A stretch of DNA of 64,000 nucleotides from an uncultured Rickettsiales bacterium (GTDB lineage: Bacteria > Myxococcota_A > UBA796 > UBA9615 > CAYRNR01). Where the stretch lies: the NCBI GenBank assembly GCA_964584075.1, contig CAZOYV010000004.1:1131-65130 (forward strand), written 5' to 3'. The position numbers and the translations under genes were made by a program. The number at the start of each line of letters is the position of its first letter. The first letter of the stretch is position 1. Shown here one piece after another: positions 36,882-46,762 of this stretch. A model generated the notes under the pieces. The model worked only from the letters and a program-made list of their open reading frames with translations. It was not told the DNA's origin and searched no databases.

Positions 36882-38690
36882 ATGGGCGACGAGCACAGCG
36901 ACGGGCCGGGCGAGGACAGCCCCCCGAAGCGCACGCGCAAGGGGAAGTCCGAGGCCTCGGACGGCCACGGCAAGCGGCCGCGCCGCCGCACCAAGCCGCG
37001 CGAGGGCGGCGATCGCAGCCGCCGGGCCGCCGAGGAGGCGCTCCGCGAGCCGGGCGCCGCCCGCGCGGGCAGCTCGCTGCTGTCGCGGCTGATCGGGGAC
37101 GGGGATCCGCGCACGCGGCTGATCGCGGTCGGCGGCCTGCTGGCGGTGATCCTGATCGTCGTGCTGTACGGCGTGCTGCACCAGCGCGCCGCGACGAAGC
37201 GCAACCTGGCGCTGATGACCGACGTGGTCGAGACCAGCACCGCCGTGGCGCGCGTGCGGGTCGTGCGCCAGCTCGCGGTCGACGGCCAGCTGGTCACCGA
37301 GCTGCGCTGGGTCGAGCTGGACCCCAGCGGGGCCGAGGGCAACGAGCGGGTCCTGCAGGTCCCCGGCGAGCAGGTCGACGTCGGCGTGAGCCGCGCGACG
37401 GTGCGCCACGGTCGCCTCGAGGCGCCGCTGGACGTGATGTACTTCGACCGCGTGGCCGCCGAGGGCGCCGAGGATCAGGCGCTGGTCCCCGAGGGGGGAC
37501 CGTTCTCGTTCACCTACCGCGGGGACCGCGAGCGCAGCGTGCAGCGCACGGCCCGCAAGCTGTGGGCCGCGATCGAGGGGGACGGGGAGCTGCCCGGCGC
37601 CCTCGAGCTGGAGCACAACGACCTGGCGCCGCTGCAGCTCGACCTGCTGATCGGCGAGGAGTGGGAGCTGGCGCTGGGGCCCACCGGCTCCGTCGACGTC
37701 AAGCGCCTGCGCTCCCCCCGGGAGGCCTTCGAGCGGTTCAGCACGTCGTCCCCGGTGACGACGGAGAACGGCCTCGAGTTCACCGTCGAGGAGGCCGGCC
37801 GGTTCGTCGAGTTCAGCGACCAGATCGATCCCGACCTGATCTTCTGGCGGCTGCAGGTCCGCGTGCACAACAGCACCGCCCGCGAGATCCGCGTCGATCC
37901 CAACCTGTTCCAGCTCCAGGACGACCGCCAGAACGTGTACCACCCGGCCCGCAGCGCTCCGGTGGCGATCGGCGGCGGGCAGGGGCTGACGCTGCGGCTG
38001 CGCTTCCTGGTGCCCCCCACCTCGCGCGCGCTGCGCTTCACGGTGCCCGGCGAGACGGTCGCCGGCAGCGACGGCGCCCAGCCGGTGGTGGTGCTGCTCC
38101 AGCGCGAGGAGGCGTACCTCGGGGACGTGGCGTCGGTGGGCGACTTCCTGGTCACGCTGACCTCCAGCGAGCGCGCCGTCGGCGCCGGTGGCTTCGAGGT
38201 CACCGCCCACTTCGCCCTGGCCAACACGACCTGGGACGTGAGGCGGCTGGAGCCGGGGCAGTTCACGCTCGAGGACCGGTCGTACGAGCGCCAGGACCCG
38301 GTCGAGGCCCGCTCGATCTCGCTGGCCGAGGTCGACCCGTTCCTGCCCGAGCAGCTCGCCGTGACCTTCGAGGCCGGCGGGGAGCTCGAGCGCGCGGACC
38401 TCCGCGTGCGGTTCCGCGACGACCGCCGCAAGGTGGTCCACGAGGAGGCGGTGTTCGTGCTGCTGCCGCTGCCCGACGGCGACGAGCACGCCGAGGTCGG
38501 CCGCGCCTTCGTGCGCCAGATCTGCGGCGCGGAGCAGTACCACAAGTACCTCGAGCTCGCGCCCGGCGAGCGCCGGGGCGTGCTGGGCCTGCTGTCCGAC
38601 CACAAGGCCCGCGAGCGCCAGGCGATGCACCACCTCGGCCTGGCCGAGCGCTACTTCCCCGAGTCGACGGTGATCGCCGGCGCACGCTAG
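36882..38690 (+). CDS. hypothetical membrane-anchored protein (basic N-terminus, one TM)
   Basis: GGAGGAG RBS. TM LIAVGGLLAVILIVVLYGVL. 602 aa with natural composition. Confidence 0.55.
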   Translation: MGDEHSDGPGEDSPPKRTRKGKSEASDGHGKRPRRRTKPREGGDRSRRAAEEALREPGAARAGSSLLSRLIGDGDPRTRLIAVGGLLAVILIVVLYGVLHQRAATKRNLALMTDVVETSTAVARVRVVRQLAVDGQLVTELRWVELDPSGAEGNERVLQVPGEQVDVGVSRATVRHGRLEAPLDVMYFDRVAAEGAEDQALVPEGGPFSFTYRGDRERSVQRTARKLWAAIEGDGELPGALELEHNDLAPLQLDLLIGEEWELALGPTGSVDVKRLRSPREAFERFSTSSPVTTENGLEFTVEEAGRFVEFSDQIDPDLIFWRLQVRVHNSTAREIRVDPNLFQLQDDRQNVYHPARSAPVAIGGGQGLTLRLRFLVPPTSRALRFTVPGETVAGSDGAQPVVVLLQREEAYLGDVASVGDFLVTLTSSERAVGAGGFEVTAHFALANTTWDVRRLEPGQFTLEDRSYERQDPVEARSISLAEVDPFLPEQLAVTFEAGGELERADLRVRFRDDRRKVVHEEAVFVLLPLPDGDEHAEVGRAFVRQICGAEQYHKYLELAPGERRGVLGLLSDHKARERQAMHHLGLAERYFPESTVIAGAR

Positions 38691-38758
38691 CCCGTCGCGG
38701 CCCCGCGCGCCCCTATCCCCCGCGGTGGCGACGCGATAGGCTACGCGCGGGGAGACCC

Positions 38759-40660
38759 GTGCGCGACGCAGACCGGCCCGGCCTCGACCACCCCGCCGCG
38801 GAGCTCCCGCAGCTCCCCGCGGGATATCAGTACGCCTCGCAGGCCACCCGCGAGCTGTCCCCCGCCGCGGTCCCGGTCGCGGCGCTGCTGACGTCGCTGA
38901 GCCGCTGCGCCCGCTCGCTGACGTTCTACAGCCCCAACAACCGCGCGCTGCGGCTGTTCTTCGATCGCCTCGCCGGGGAGATGGCCGCCACCCTCGACCG
39001 CCACGAGGTGCTGACCGTCCAGGTCGAGCCGACCCGCTTCGTGTTCGCCGGCGAGGCCGTGTTCGAGGATCCCGACCGCGAACGCAGCCTGCCGTTCCGG
39101 CTGTACCGCGACGGGATCCGTGGCGTCACGTTCCAGCGAGGCATCCGCCGCGAGGAGCTGCTGACGCTGGCGAGGATCCTCGGCGTGCGCGAGACGGGGC
39201 AGCAGCTCCACGGCGAGGACATCGTCACCCGGCTGTGGCGCGCCGAGCTGCCCCACGTCCGCCACGAGGTGGTCAAGGGCTTCGTGCGGGAGTCCCTGTC
39301 CTCGGACGAGCCCGAGGGGGGCGGCGTGCCGGGCATCATGCGCCGGATCCACGGCGCGCTGGCCTTCGAGGGCGTCGATCCCGGCTCCTCGGTGGAGCTG
39401 TTCGTCGCCGAGGACGACGAGGAGGCGCCGCGCTGGATGGGCGGCGTCTACCCCGGGAACGCGCACCACGAGACGATCGAGCTGCCGGCGCTCGACGAGG
39501 TGCCCTACCCGGAGATCTCCGACGAGGACCTCCGGGCCCTCCGCGCCGAGCTCGACGAGGAGAACCGCGACCTGCTGATCCGGTTCCTCGACTTCCTCCT
39601 CGACGTCTCGATCACCCAGGGCGAGGTGCTGCGCCCCGAGCACTTCCTCGACCTGGTGTTCGACGGCTGGCGCAAGCTGCTCGCCGAGGGGCAGATCGGC
39701 GAGCTGGTGGCGCTGGTGCGCTACCTCGACCGGCTGGCGACCTCGGGGGAGCACGGCGGCGAGACCCCCCGGGTCGCCACGCGGATCCTCCGCCGGCTGG
39801 TCCGCGTCGAGCCGCTGCGGCGCGTGGTGGCGTCGACGCCCCCCGATGGCCTGGGCCCCGACCAGCTCGAGGAGTACCTGCGGGCCCTCGGCCACCGCGT
39901 CGACCGCCAGGCGCTGCTCGAGCTGCTGCGCTTCGACATGCCCGAGCCGCTGCGCGAGACGCTGCAGGCCTTCCTGGCTTGGCGCACCGAGCCCGAGCCG
40001 GGCTGGCTCGCGGCCCAGCTGCAGGGCCCCGATCCGCTGGACGTGCTCACCGCGATCGACACGCTGGCGGCCCACGGCACCCCGGAGGACCGCGGGGCGC
40101 TGGTCCGGGCGATGCACCACCCGCTGGGCAGCGTCCGCCGCCACCTGCTGGCGCGGCTGGCGCAGCTGGAGTACGACGACGACGTGCGCCGTGCGCTGGC
40201 GCGGGCCGTCCGCGACGCCGATCCCCTCGTCCGCGACGGGGCCCTGGAGCAGATCGCCGAGCACGCCGATCCCCGCGCCGCGGGGCCGCTGATCGCCGAG
40301 GCGGAGCGCATGGAGATCCACTCGTGGACCGACGAGCAGCGGGCGCCGATGCTGCGCGCGATCGCCTGCTCGGACCCGCTGCGCCTGATCAGCTGGGTGC
40401 TCAACGCCGTGCAGATGTCCAAGCCCTGGTCGCGGCGCAACGCCCGCGAGCGGGCCTGGGCCGAGATGGCGCTGCAGGCGATGGAGATCCTCGGGGACCC
40501 CGCGGCGCGGGACGTGCTGCGCCAGCTCAAGGACATCGGGGACGACGACTACCGGCGCCGCGTGCTCAAGGCCTACCTGGAGGTCAACCGCCGGCTCAAG
40601 GAGGAGCGCGGGATCTTCGACCCGGAGGGGACGCTCAAGCCGGAGGGGAGCCCGACGTGA
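38759..40660 (+). CDS. hypothetical protein with C-terminal HEAT/PBS-lyase-like repeats
   Basis: GTG start after the previous stop. Repeated ...RRALARAVRDADPLVRDGALEQIAEHADPRAAGPLI... units. The stop overlaps the next gene start (GTGA). Confidence 0.5.
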   Translation: MRDADRPGLDHPAAELPQLPAGYQYASQATRELSPAAVPVAALLTSLSRCARSLTFYSPNNRALRLFFDRLAGEMAATLDRHEVLTVQVEPTRFVFAGEAVFEDPDRERSLPFRLYRDGIRGVTFQRGIRREELLTLARILGVRETGQQLHGEDIVTRLWRAELPHVRHEVVKGFVRESLSSDEPEGGGVPGIMRRIHGALAFEGVDPGSSVELFVAEDDEEAPRWMGGVYPGNAHHETIELPALDEVPYPEISDEDLRALRAELDEENRDLLIRFLDFLLDVSITQGEVLRPEHFLDLVFDGWRKLLAEGQIGELVALVRYLDRLATSGEHGGETPRVATRILRRLVRVEPLRRVVASTPPDGLGPDQLEEYLRALGHRVDRQALLELLRFDMPEPLRETLQAFLAWRTEPEPGWLAAQLQGPDPLDVLTAIDTLAAHGTPEDRGALVRAMHHPLGSVRRHLLARLAQLEYDDDVRRALARAVRDADPLVRDGALEQIAEHADPRAAGPLIAEAERMEIHSWTDEQRAPMLRAIACSDPLRLISWVLNAVQMSKPWSRRNARERAWAEMALQAMEILGDPAARDVLRQLKDIGDDDYRRRVLKAYLEVNRRLKEERGIFDPEGTLKPEGSPT

Positions 40661-42243
40661 GCCTCGACCCGCTGCGCCGCGTCGACATCACCGACCAGCC
40701 GGGGCTGCTCGAGGAGCAGGAGCAGGTCCTGCACCGCATCCGCGAGGGCGGCGCGCAGCTGATCAACGACCTGTACACCGCGACCCGCACGGTGACCTTC
40801 CACGAGGCCGGCAACGAGGCCACGGTCCCCCCGATCCGGCGCCTGGCCCAGACGCTGGCGGGCGTGGTCGACGCGGTCGGCGCGGCCCAGCTGATCGTGG
40901 CCGACGGCGAGGCCTACATCAACGACGTGCGGATCCGCGTCGCGGCCCGCAGCTACGACAACCTGGAGCACGTCCTGGAGCGGTTCGCCCAGCACGGCAT
41001 CGGCGGGATCCGCTTCGCCTATCCGCTCACCGAGGACGAGGTGCGCGCGCTGGTGGTGGGCCTCGCCCGCGCGCCCCATCCCGACGAGCCCTACGAGTGG
41101 GTCCGCGAGTTCTACCGCCGCGAGGGCGTGCCGGTGCAGCTCGACACGCCGTTCGTGCGCGCCGACGAGCTCAGCCTGGCGATGGACCGCGTGGGCGGCG
41201 CGTACGGCACCTTCGCGTACGCCCAGGGGGTGCAGGCGCTCAAGGACTACGCCAACGCCGCGATCGGCGCCGGCTACGCCAACCCGCTGGCCGTGCACCG
41301 CTCGATGCAGGAGCTGGTGGACTTCGGCACCCACCACTTCGGCGAGCTGACCCGCCTGCACCTGATCCGCGACGCGGAGGACCCGTACTTCAACCACGCG
41401 ATCAACGTCGCGACGCTGAGCATCGCCGTGGGGGTCAAGCTCGGGCTGTCCCGCGTCGAGCTGTGGGAGCTGGGGGTCGCGGCGCTGTTCCACGACGTGG
41501 GCTACGCCGGGGTCGGCGACGGCAAGCAGCGCGCCGCACAGCGCGAGCCGCTGCTGCGGGACCGCGGCCTGCACCCGGTCCTCGGGGTGCGCGTGCTGGC
41601 CCAGGAGCGGGGCTACGCGCGGGACAAGGCCCACCGCATGCGGGTCGCGATCGAGCACCACATGCACTTCCAGCGGCCGGGGGGCTACCCTCCGATGCCC
41701 ACCGAGCGGCTGGGGGTCTACACCCGCATCGTGCAGATCTGCGACCACTACGACGCCGCCATCGCCCCGGACGCGCGCAGCGGCCGCCGCGGGACGCTGC
41801 CGACGCAGGCGCTGGGGCAGATCGCGGCCGGCGCCGGGACCCGCTTCGACCCGCTCGCGGTGAGCGCCTTCGTGCAGCTGATGGGGCGCTACCCGGTGGG
41901 CACGCTGGTGCGGCTGAACACCCTCGACGTGGGCCTGGTGACCAGCGGCGGCCGCCACGAGGACGCCTTCGACCGGCCCCTGCTGCGGCTGGTCCAGGGC
42001 GCGATGGGCGAGGAGCTCGACCAGGAGATCGACCTCGCCGAGGTGCCCGTCGACCGGCTGCACGTCACCGCCGTGCTGGACCCCGAGGAGGAGGACGTCG
42101 ATCTCGCCGAGGTGCTGTTCGGGGACCTCGACGCGATCGACGAGCTGACCAGCATGGACGAGCAGTCGTACCACCAGCTGCTGGAGGGCGCGCCGGCGGA
42201 CGAGTCCGCGGAGATCGTGTTCGAGATCGAGGTGGAGGACTAG
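40657..42243 (+). CDS. HD-GYP domain phosphodiesterase
   Basis: HD (ALFHDVGY) and HHMHF..GGYP motifs. GTGA-coupled to the upstream gene. Confidence 0.8.
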   Translation: MSLDPLRRVDITDQPGLLEEQEQVLHRIREGGAQLINDLYTATRTVTFHEAGNEATVPPIRRLAQTLAGVVDAVGAAQLIVADGEAYINDVRIRVAARSYDNLEHVLERFAQHGIGGIRFAYPLTEDEVRALVVGLARAPHPDEPYEWVREFYRREGVPVQLDTPFVRADELSLAMDRVGGAYGTFAYAQGVQALKDYANAAIGAGYANPLAVHRSMQELVDFGTHHFGELTRLHLIRDAEDPYFNHAINVATLSIAVGVKLGLSRVELWELGVAALFHDVGYAGVGDGKQRAAQREPLLRDRGLHPVLGVRVLAQERGYARDKAHRMRVAIEHHMHFQRPGGYPPMPTERLGVYTRIVQICDHYDAAIAPDARSGRRGTLPTQALGQIAAGAGTRFDPLAVSAFVQLMGRYPVGTLVRLNTLDVGLVTSGGRHEDAFDRPLLRLVQGAMGEELDQEIDLAEVPVDRLHVTAVLDPEEEDVDLAEVLFGDLDAIDELTSMDEQSYHQLLEGAPADESAEIVFEIEVED

Positions 42244-42251
42244 CAGGGCTG

Positions 42252-43865
42252 CTAGCGCGCCAGCCGCACGAACCACGCGACGATCCCGATCAGCACCACC
42301 AGCAGGGTGGCGCCGGGGAACGCGATGACCCACACCAGCGCGGTCTCGAGGCGGGTCAGCTCCAGCGGCCGGTCCTCGGCCTCGCTGGCGCGGATCGAGA
42401 TCAGGTCCTTCTCGCGGGCCAGGTACGACAGGCTGTTGAGCACCAGGTCCTGGTTGCCGAACAGCGCCAGGTTGGCGTTGCTCGCCAGGTCGCTGTCGCC
42501 GTAGACGATCACCGTGCCGGGGCGCTCGGACTCCTCCTCGGCGATCTGCTCGAACACGGAGCGGTCGTCCTCGGCGGAGTCGTCGTCGGCCGGCGGCGCC
42601 GGCGCCGCGCCGAGGCGGGGCACGTCGACGATCACCGCCAGCGAGACCGGGCCCAGCTCGTCGACCTCGGGGTCGTACTCCTCGCTGAGCGCCTCCAGAT
42701 CGCGCTTGGCCCACGCCGTGTCCGACGAGCGCAGCAGCTCGCGGGCCTCGGGGCGGGCCTCCGCCGGGGTGACCGTGCGGGCCTGCGAGAGGATCGCGGG
42801 GACCGCCAGATCCTCGGTGATCTCGTGCCAGCCGTAGTCGCCGAACACCGTGGTGCTGTCGCCGATCAGCACGCCGCCCAGGTCGATCATCAGGTCGTCG
42901 CCGACCTCGACGCCCCAGCCGCGCAGCACCGGCTCGAGGCCCGAGCTGCGCTCCGGATCGAGCAGCACCAGCAGCGACCCGCCGCGGCGCTCGACGAAGT
43001 CGCGCAGCAGCGGGACCTCGTTGGGCAGCAGCGGCGTCACCGGGCCGGCGATGACCAGCACCGTGGCGTCGGCGGGGATCACCCCGCTGCGGATCAGCTC
43101 CAGCTCCTCGACCACGAACCCGGTCTGCACCAGGCGCTGCTTGAGCTGCGAGTAGCCCGTCGCCTCGATGTCGGACAGGCTGTGCTCCCCGTGGCCGGTG
43201 AGGAAGTAGATCTTCTTGGTGCCGGTCCGCGTGACCTTGATCAGCGCGTTGGTCAGGTCGTTCTCGTCGGGGGCGATCACCCGCTCCTCGCGGCCGCCGC
43301 AGGACAGGAACACCACCCCGTTCTGGTAGACCCCGTACTCCACCGCCAGCCGCGGCTCGACGTCCGGGTCGATGATCTCGAACTGGATGTACCCCGACCG
43401 GTTCTTGTAGCGCCCGATCAGCTCGCGGAACGTCTCGCGCATGCTGCCGGACTCGCCGGTGGCGTCGTACATCCGGTAGAACGCCTTGACCTGCACCTCG
43501 CGGTCGAGGTTCTCGAGCACCTCGATCGTCTGGGGCGACAGCGAGTGGATCGAGCCCTCGGTGACGTCGTTCTCCCAGTAGTGGTTGGCCGACAGGTAGT
43601 TGACCAGCACCACGATCCCGAGGACCAGCAGCACCATCGCCCACGACCCGGCCTGGCGGCGGGTCCCGCGCCGCCCGGAGACGGCGGCGATGATGTCCCA
43701 GTCGACGTAGATCCACGCCGCGATCATCAGCACCGCGGCGATGCCGAGCCCGACGAACAGGTCGGACGGCGTGCGGGTGATCAGGTAGCGGAACGCCACC
43801 ACCAGGCCCATCAGCAGGCCGGTGGCGCCGAGCCCGCGGCCGATCCAGATCATCTTCGGATCCAT
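42252..43865 (-). CDS. GldG-like ABC-transporter auxiliary component (N- and C-terminal TM anchors)
   Basis: Architecture and position immediately downstream of the ABC-2 permease and ATPase. Family assigned by resemblance (inference). Confidence 0.6.
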   Translation of the reverse strand: MDPKMIWIGRGLGATGLLMGLVVAFRYLITRTPSDLFVGLGIAAVLMIAAWIYVDWDIIAAVSGRRGTRRQAGSWAMVLLVLGIVVLVNYLSANHYWENDVTEGSIHSLSPQTIEVLENLDREVQVKAFYRMYDATGESGSMRETFRELIGRYKNRSGYIQFEIIDPDVEPRLAVEYGVYQNGVVFLSCGGREERVIAPDENDLTNALIKVTRTGTKKIYFLTGHGEHSLSDIEATGYSQLKQRLVQTGFVVEELELIRSGVIPADATVLVIAGPVTPLLPNEVPLLRDFVERRGGSLLVLLDPERSSGLEPVLRGWGVEVGDDLMIDLGGVLIGDSTTVFGDYGWHEITEDLAVPAILSQARTVTPAEARPEARELLRSSDTAWAKRDLEALSEEYDPEVDELGPVSLAVIVDVPRLGAAPAPPADDDSAEDDRSVFEQIAEEESERPGTVIVYGDSDLASNANLALFGNQDLVLNSLSYLAREKDLISIRASEAEDRPLELTRLETALVWVIAFPGATLLVVLIGIVAWFVRLAR

Positions 43866-43875
43866 CGCGACCTCC

Positions 43876-44643
43876 TCAGCGCCACCGCAGCGACTCGAGG
43901 CGCTGCTGGGCGACGAACAGGAAGAAGAACGAGAAGCTGCCCATGTACACCAGGTCCCGGGTGTCGATCAGCCCCGCCGTGAAGTTGTCCAGGTGGCGGA
44001 CCAGCGACGCCATCTCCAGCGTGCTGCTGAGCCACCCGGCGTCGGTGACCACGGCCCCGATCTCGATGACCCAGAACAGCAGCAGCACGACGATCCCGAG
44101 CACCGCCGAGACGATCATGTTCTCGCTCAGCGAGCTGGCCGCGATGCCGACGGAGATGTAGCAGGCGCCGAGGCAGAACACGCCCAGCAGCGTCGTCAGC
44201 ATGATCTTGTCGTCGGGCTGGCCCCACGCGTACATCACGATCGGGACGTAGGCCAGCAGCAGCATCAACACGCCGTACAGCCCCATCGCGCCGAGGAACT
44301 TGCCCAGCACGATCTCCCACGACGAGACCGGCGAGGTCATCAGCAGCTCGATGGAGCGGTGGCGCCGCTCGCCGGCGATCAGGTGCATCGTGAACGCCGG
44401 CATCAGGAAGATCAGGATGATCCCGATCAGCCCGATGTAGGGCGCGACCACGTCGGTGTGCAGGTTGAAGTGCACCGGCCCCATGAAGCCGCCGGTGGGG
44501 CGCTGGCTGACCTCGGCGAACCAGCTGACCTGGCCGGCGAAGAAGAACCCCAGGATCGCCACCGTGGCGGCCAGCACCGCGTAGGTCCAGGGGCTGATCA
44601 GGAACATCTTGAGCTCTCGCCCGGCGATGTGCAGGACGTTCAT
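43876..44643 (-). CDS. ABC-2 family transporter permease (GldF-like)
   Basis: Six predicted TM segments. ATGA overlap with the upstream ATPase. Confidence 0.8.
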   Translation of the reverse strand: MNVLHIAGRELKMFLISPWTYAVLAATVAILGFFFAGQVSWFAEVSQRPTGGFMGPVHFNLHTDVVAPYIGLIGIILIFLMPAFTMHLIAGERRHRSIELLMTSPVSSWEIVLGKFLGAMGLYGVLMLLLAYVPIVMYAWGQPDDKIMLTTLLGVFCLGACYISVGIAASSLSENMIVSAVLGIVVLLLFWVIEIGAVVTDAGWLSSTLEMASLVRHLDNFTAGLIDTRDLVYMGSFSFFFLFVAQQRLESLRWR

Positions 44644-45671
44644 CGCGCGTCCTCCTCTCCGCCGTCTTCCGGGGCCTCGTCGGCGTCCGCCGCGGCCGCT
44701 CCGACGGGGGCCGCCTCGTCGTCGGCGGCCTCGTCGGCGGCCGCCCCGGGGGCGCCGACGCCCTCGAGCAGCTGCAGGTAGATCTGCTCCAGCGAGGCCA
44801 CCTCGGTCTTCATCTCCAGCAGCCCGTAGCCCCCCTCGACCACGGCCTGCGAGATCGCCTCGCGCAGGTCCCGCCCGCCGGTGCGCAGCGTGTAGACCCC
44901 GTCGTCGAGCAGGGCCACCTCGTCGACGCCCTCGATCCCGCCCAGCGACGACAGGCACGCGTCGCCGGGGCGCGCGACCTCGACGTGGACCCGCTGCTCG
45001 CCGGCCACGAGCTGGGCCAGCGAGGCCTCGGAGTCGTCGGCGACGATCTTGCCGCGATCGATGATCACGACCCGGTCGCAGGTCATCGTGACCTCGGGGA
45101 GGATGTGGGTCGAGAGGATCACGGTGTGGTCGCCGCCGAGCCCCTTGATCACGTCGCGGACCTCGGAGATCTGCGCCGGATCGAGCCCGCTGGTCGGCTC
45201 GTCGAGGATCAGCACCTCGGGCTCGTGGACCAGCGCCTGGGCCAGCCCGACCCGCTGGCGGTAGCCCTTGGACAGCTGGCCGATGACCCGCTTGCGGGCC
45301 TTGAGCAGCCCGGTCAGCTCCATCGCGCGGTCGACCTTCTTGGCCCGCTCGTGGCGCAGCACGCCCTTGATCTTGGCGGCGAAGTGCAGGTACGCGTGCA
45401 CCGTCATCGACGTGTACAGCGGGGGGAACTCCGGCATGTAGCCGAGGCGGCGCTTGGCCTCGCGCGGCTTGTCGTGGATCTCGAAGCCCGCGATCTTGGC
45501 CGATCCCTGGGTCGCCCCCTGCGCTCCGGCGAGGATCCGCATGGTGGTCGTCTTCCCCGCGCCGTTGGGGCCGAGGAACCCGAGGATCTGGCCCTTCTCG
45601 ACGTGGAAGTTCACGTCGTCGATGGCCTTCAGCGCGCCGTAGATCTTGGTGAGGCCCTGGACCTCGATCAT
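44640..45671 (-). CDS. ABC transporter ATP-binding protein (GldA-like)
   Basis: Walker A GPNGAGKTT, signature LSKGYRQR, Walker B LILDEPTSGLD. GAGGAG RBS 6 nt upstream. Confidence 0.9.
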   Translation of the reverse strand: MIEVQGLTKIYGALKAIDDVNFHVEKGQILGFLGPNGAGKTTTMRILAGAQGATQGSAKIAGFEIHDKPREAKRRLGYMPEFPPLYTSMTVHAYLHFAAKIKGVLRHERAKKVDRAMELTGLLKARKRVIGQLSKGYRQRVGLAQALVHEPEVLILDEPTSGLDPAQISEVRDVIKGLGGDHTVILSTHILPEVTMTCDRVVIIDRGKIVADDSEASLAQLVAGEQRVHVEVARPGDACLSSLGGIEGVDEVALLDDGVYTLRTGGRDLREAISQAVVEGGYGLLEMKTEVASLEQIYLQLLEGVGAPGAAADEAADDEAAPVGAAAADADEAPEDGGEEDAR

Positions 45672-45812
45672 CGGCATCTCCTCTTGGGTCGTCTGGAAAA
45701 CAGGACAACACCCGACGCGCGGGCGCTCATCCGCGCGCAAGGATTAGGAAGCATCTGGCGGCTGTCAAGCGCGCGCGGGATTCCTAGAATGGGGCCGAGG
45801 GAGGTACCCGCG

Positions 45813-46496
45813 ATGTGTGGCCGCTTCACGCTGACGATCCCCCCGGAGCTGATCGGCGACTTCTTCGACGTTTCGGGGCCGCTGGCGTGGACTCCGCGCT
45901 ACAACATCGCCCCGACGCAGCCGGTGGCGGTGGTCGCCAACCGCCCCGCGCGCGCGCTCGAGGAGTTCCGCTGGGGCCTGATCCCCCGCTGGGCCGAGGA
46001 CGCCGCCATCGGCCACCGGCTGATCAACGCCCGCAGCGAGACCCTCGCCGAGAAGCCCAGCTTCAAGGGTGCCTACCGCCAGCGTCGCTGCCTGGTCCTC
46101 GCCGACGGGTTCTACGAGTGGCGCAAGCAGGGGCGACAGCGCATCCCCCTGCGGTTCGTGCTCCGCAGCCGCGATCCGTTCGCCTTCGCCGGGCTGTGGG
46201 AGCGCTGGGAGCCCGAGGGTGGAGACGCGATCCACAGCTGCACGATCGTGACCACCGAGGCCAACGACGTGGTCCGCCCGGTCCACGATCGGATGCCGGT
46301 GATCCTGCCCCGCGAGGCCCACGACCGCTGGCTCGACCCCGAGCCGGCGGAGCCCGCGACGCTGCAGCCGCTGCTGGCCCCCTATCCCGCCGCGGAGATG
46401 GAGGCCTACGAGGTCTCCCCCGCCGTCAACTCGGTGAAGGTCGACACTCCGGAGTGCATCGCGCCGGTGGGGCAGGGGGATCTGTTCGGGGGTTGA
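45813..46496 (+). CDS. SOS-response-associated peptidase (SRAP/YedK, abasic-site DNA-protein crosslink) family
   Basis: Starts MCGRF with the catalytic Cys2 and has the conserved core. GGGAGG RBS. Confidence 0.85.
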   Translation: MCGRFTLTIPPELIGDFFDVSGPLAWTPRYNIAPTQPVAVVANRPARALEEFRWGLIPRWAEDAAIGHRLINARSETLAEKPSFKGAYRQRRCLVLADGFYEWRKQGRQRIPLRFVLRSRDPFAFAGLWERWEPEGGDAIHSCTIVTTEANDVVRPVHDRMPVILPREAHDRWLDPEPAEPATLQPLLAPYPAAEMEAYEVSPAVNSVKVDTPECIAPVGQGDLFGG

Positions 46497-46621
46497 GGGC
46501 CGACCGCGGCTCGCCGCCGATTGGGGCGTGACCGCAGACGCCCCCCCGCCCGGGGACCGTCGCGCCCCTCGAGCGAAGCCAGGCGGAAGGACCCCGCCCC
46601 CCTCCCGCGCCCGAGTTCCAC

Positions 46622-46710
46622 TTTCTGGCGCGATCTGAGCCATGTTCTGGAAGTCGGGCACTCGAGTTGGATTTTTTGGCGCGATTCGAGCCAAAACGTG
46701 GAAGTCGGGT
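46622..46710 (+). repeat. two ~40-nt direct repeats 50 bp apart (TTTyTGGCGCGATyyGAGCCa...GTGGAAGTCGGG), each with a sigma-54-like -24/-12 element
   Basis: Direct reading. About 75% identity between the copies. The GG ... GC spacing is 10 nt in both. Confidence 0.5.
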
Positions 46711-46762
46711 GGAAGGGGTTGCGGTTGGTGCTGCTGCAGGGGGCCTCGTTGCGGGATAATCG

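Noticed and set aside
35316-38633. 1105-aa minus-strand ORF
   Set aside because: Antisense to three well-supported plus-strand genes. Arg/Ala/Gly/Pro-rich.
36122-38758. N-terminal 879 aa of the 1512-aa plus ORF 36122..40660
   Set aside because: This is read-through in an alternate frame of the DnaC-like and membrane-protein genes. Only the segment from GTG 38759 shows protein-like sequence.
39235-40656. N-terminal part of the 1002-aa plus ORF containing the HD-GYP protein
   Set aside because: The upstream portion is an Arg/Pro-rich alternate frame of the HEAT-repeat gene. The GTG at 40657, overlapping the upstream stop, is taken as the start.
40573-43716. 1047-aa minus-strand ORF
   Set aside because: Shadow of the HD-GYP gene, continuing as an out-of-frame overlap of the GldG-like gene. 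Low-complexity.
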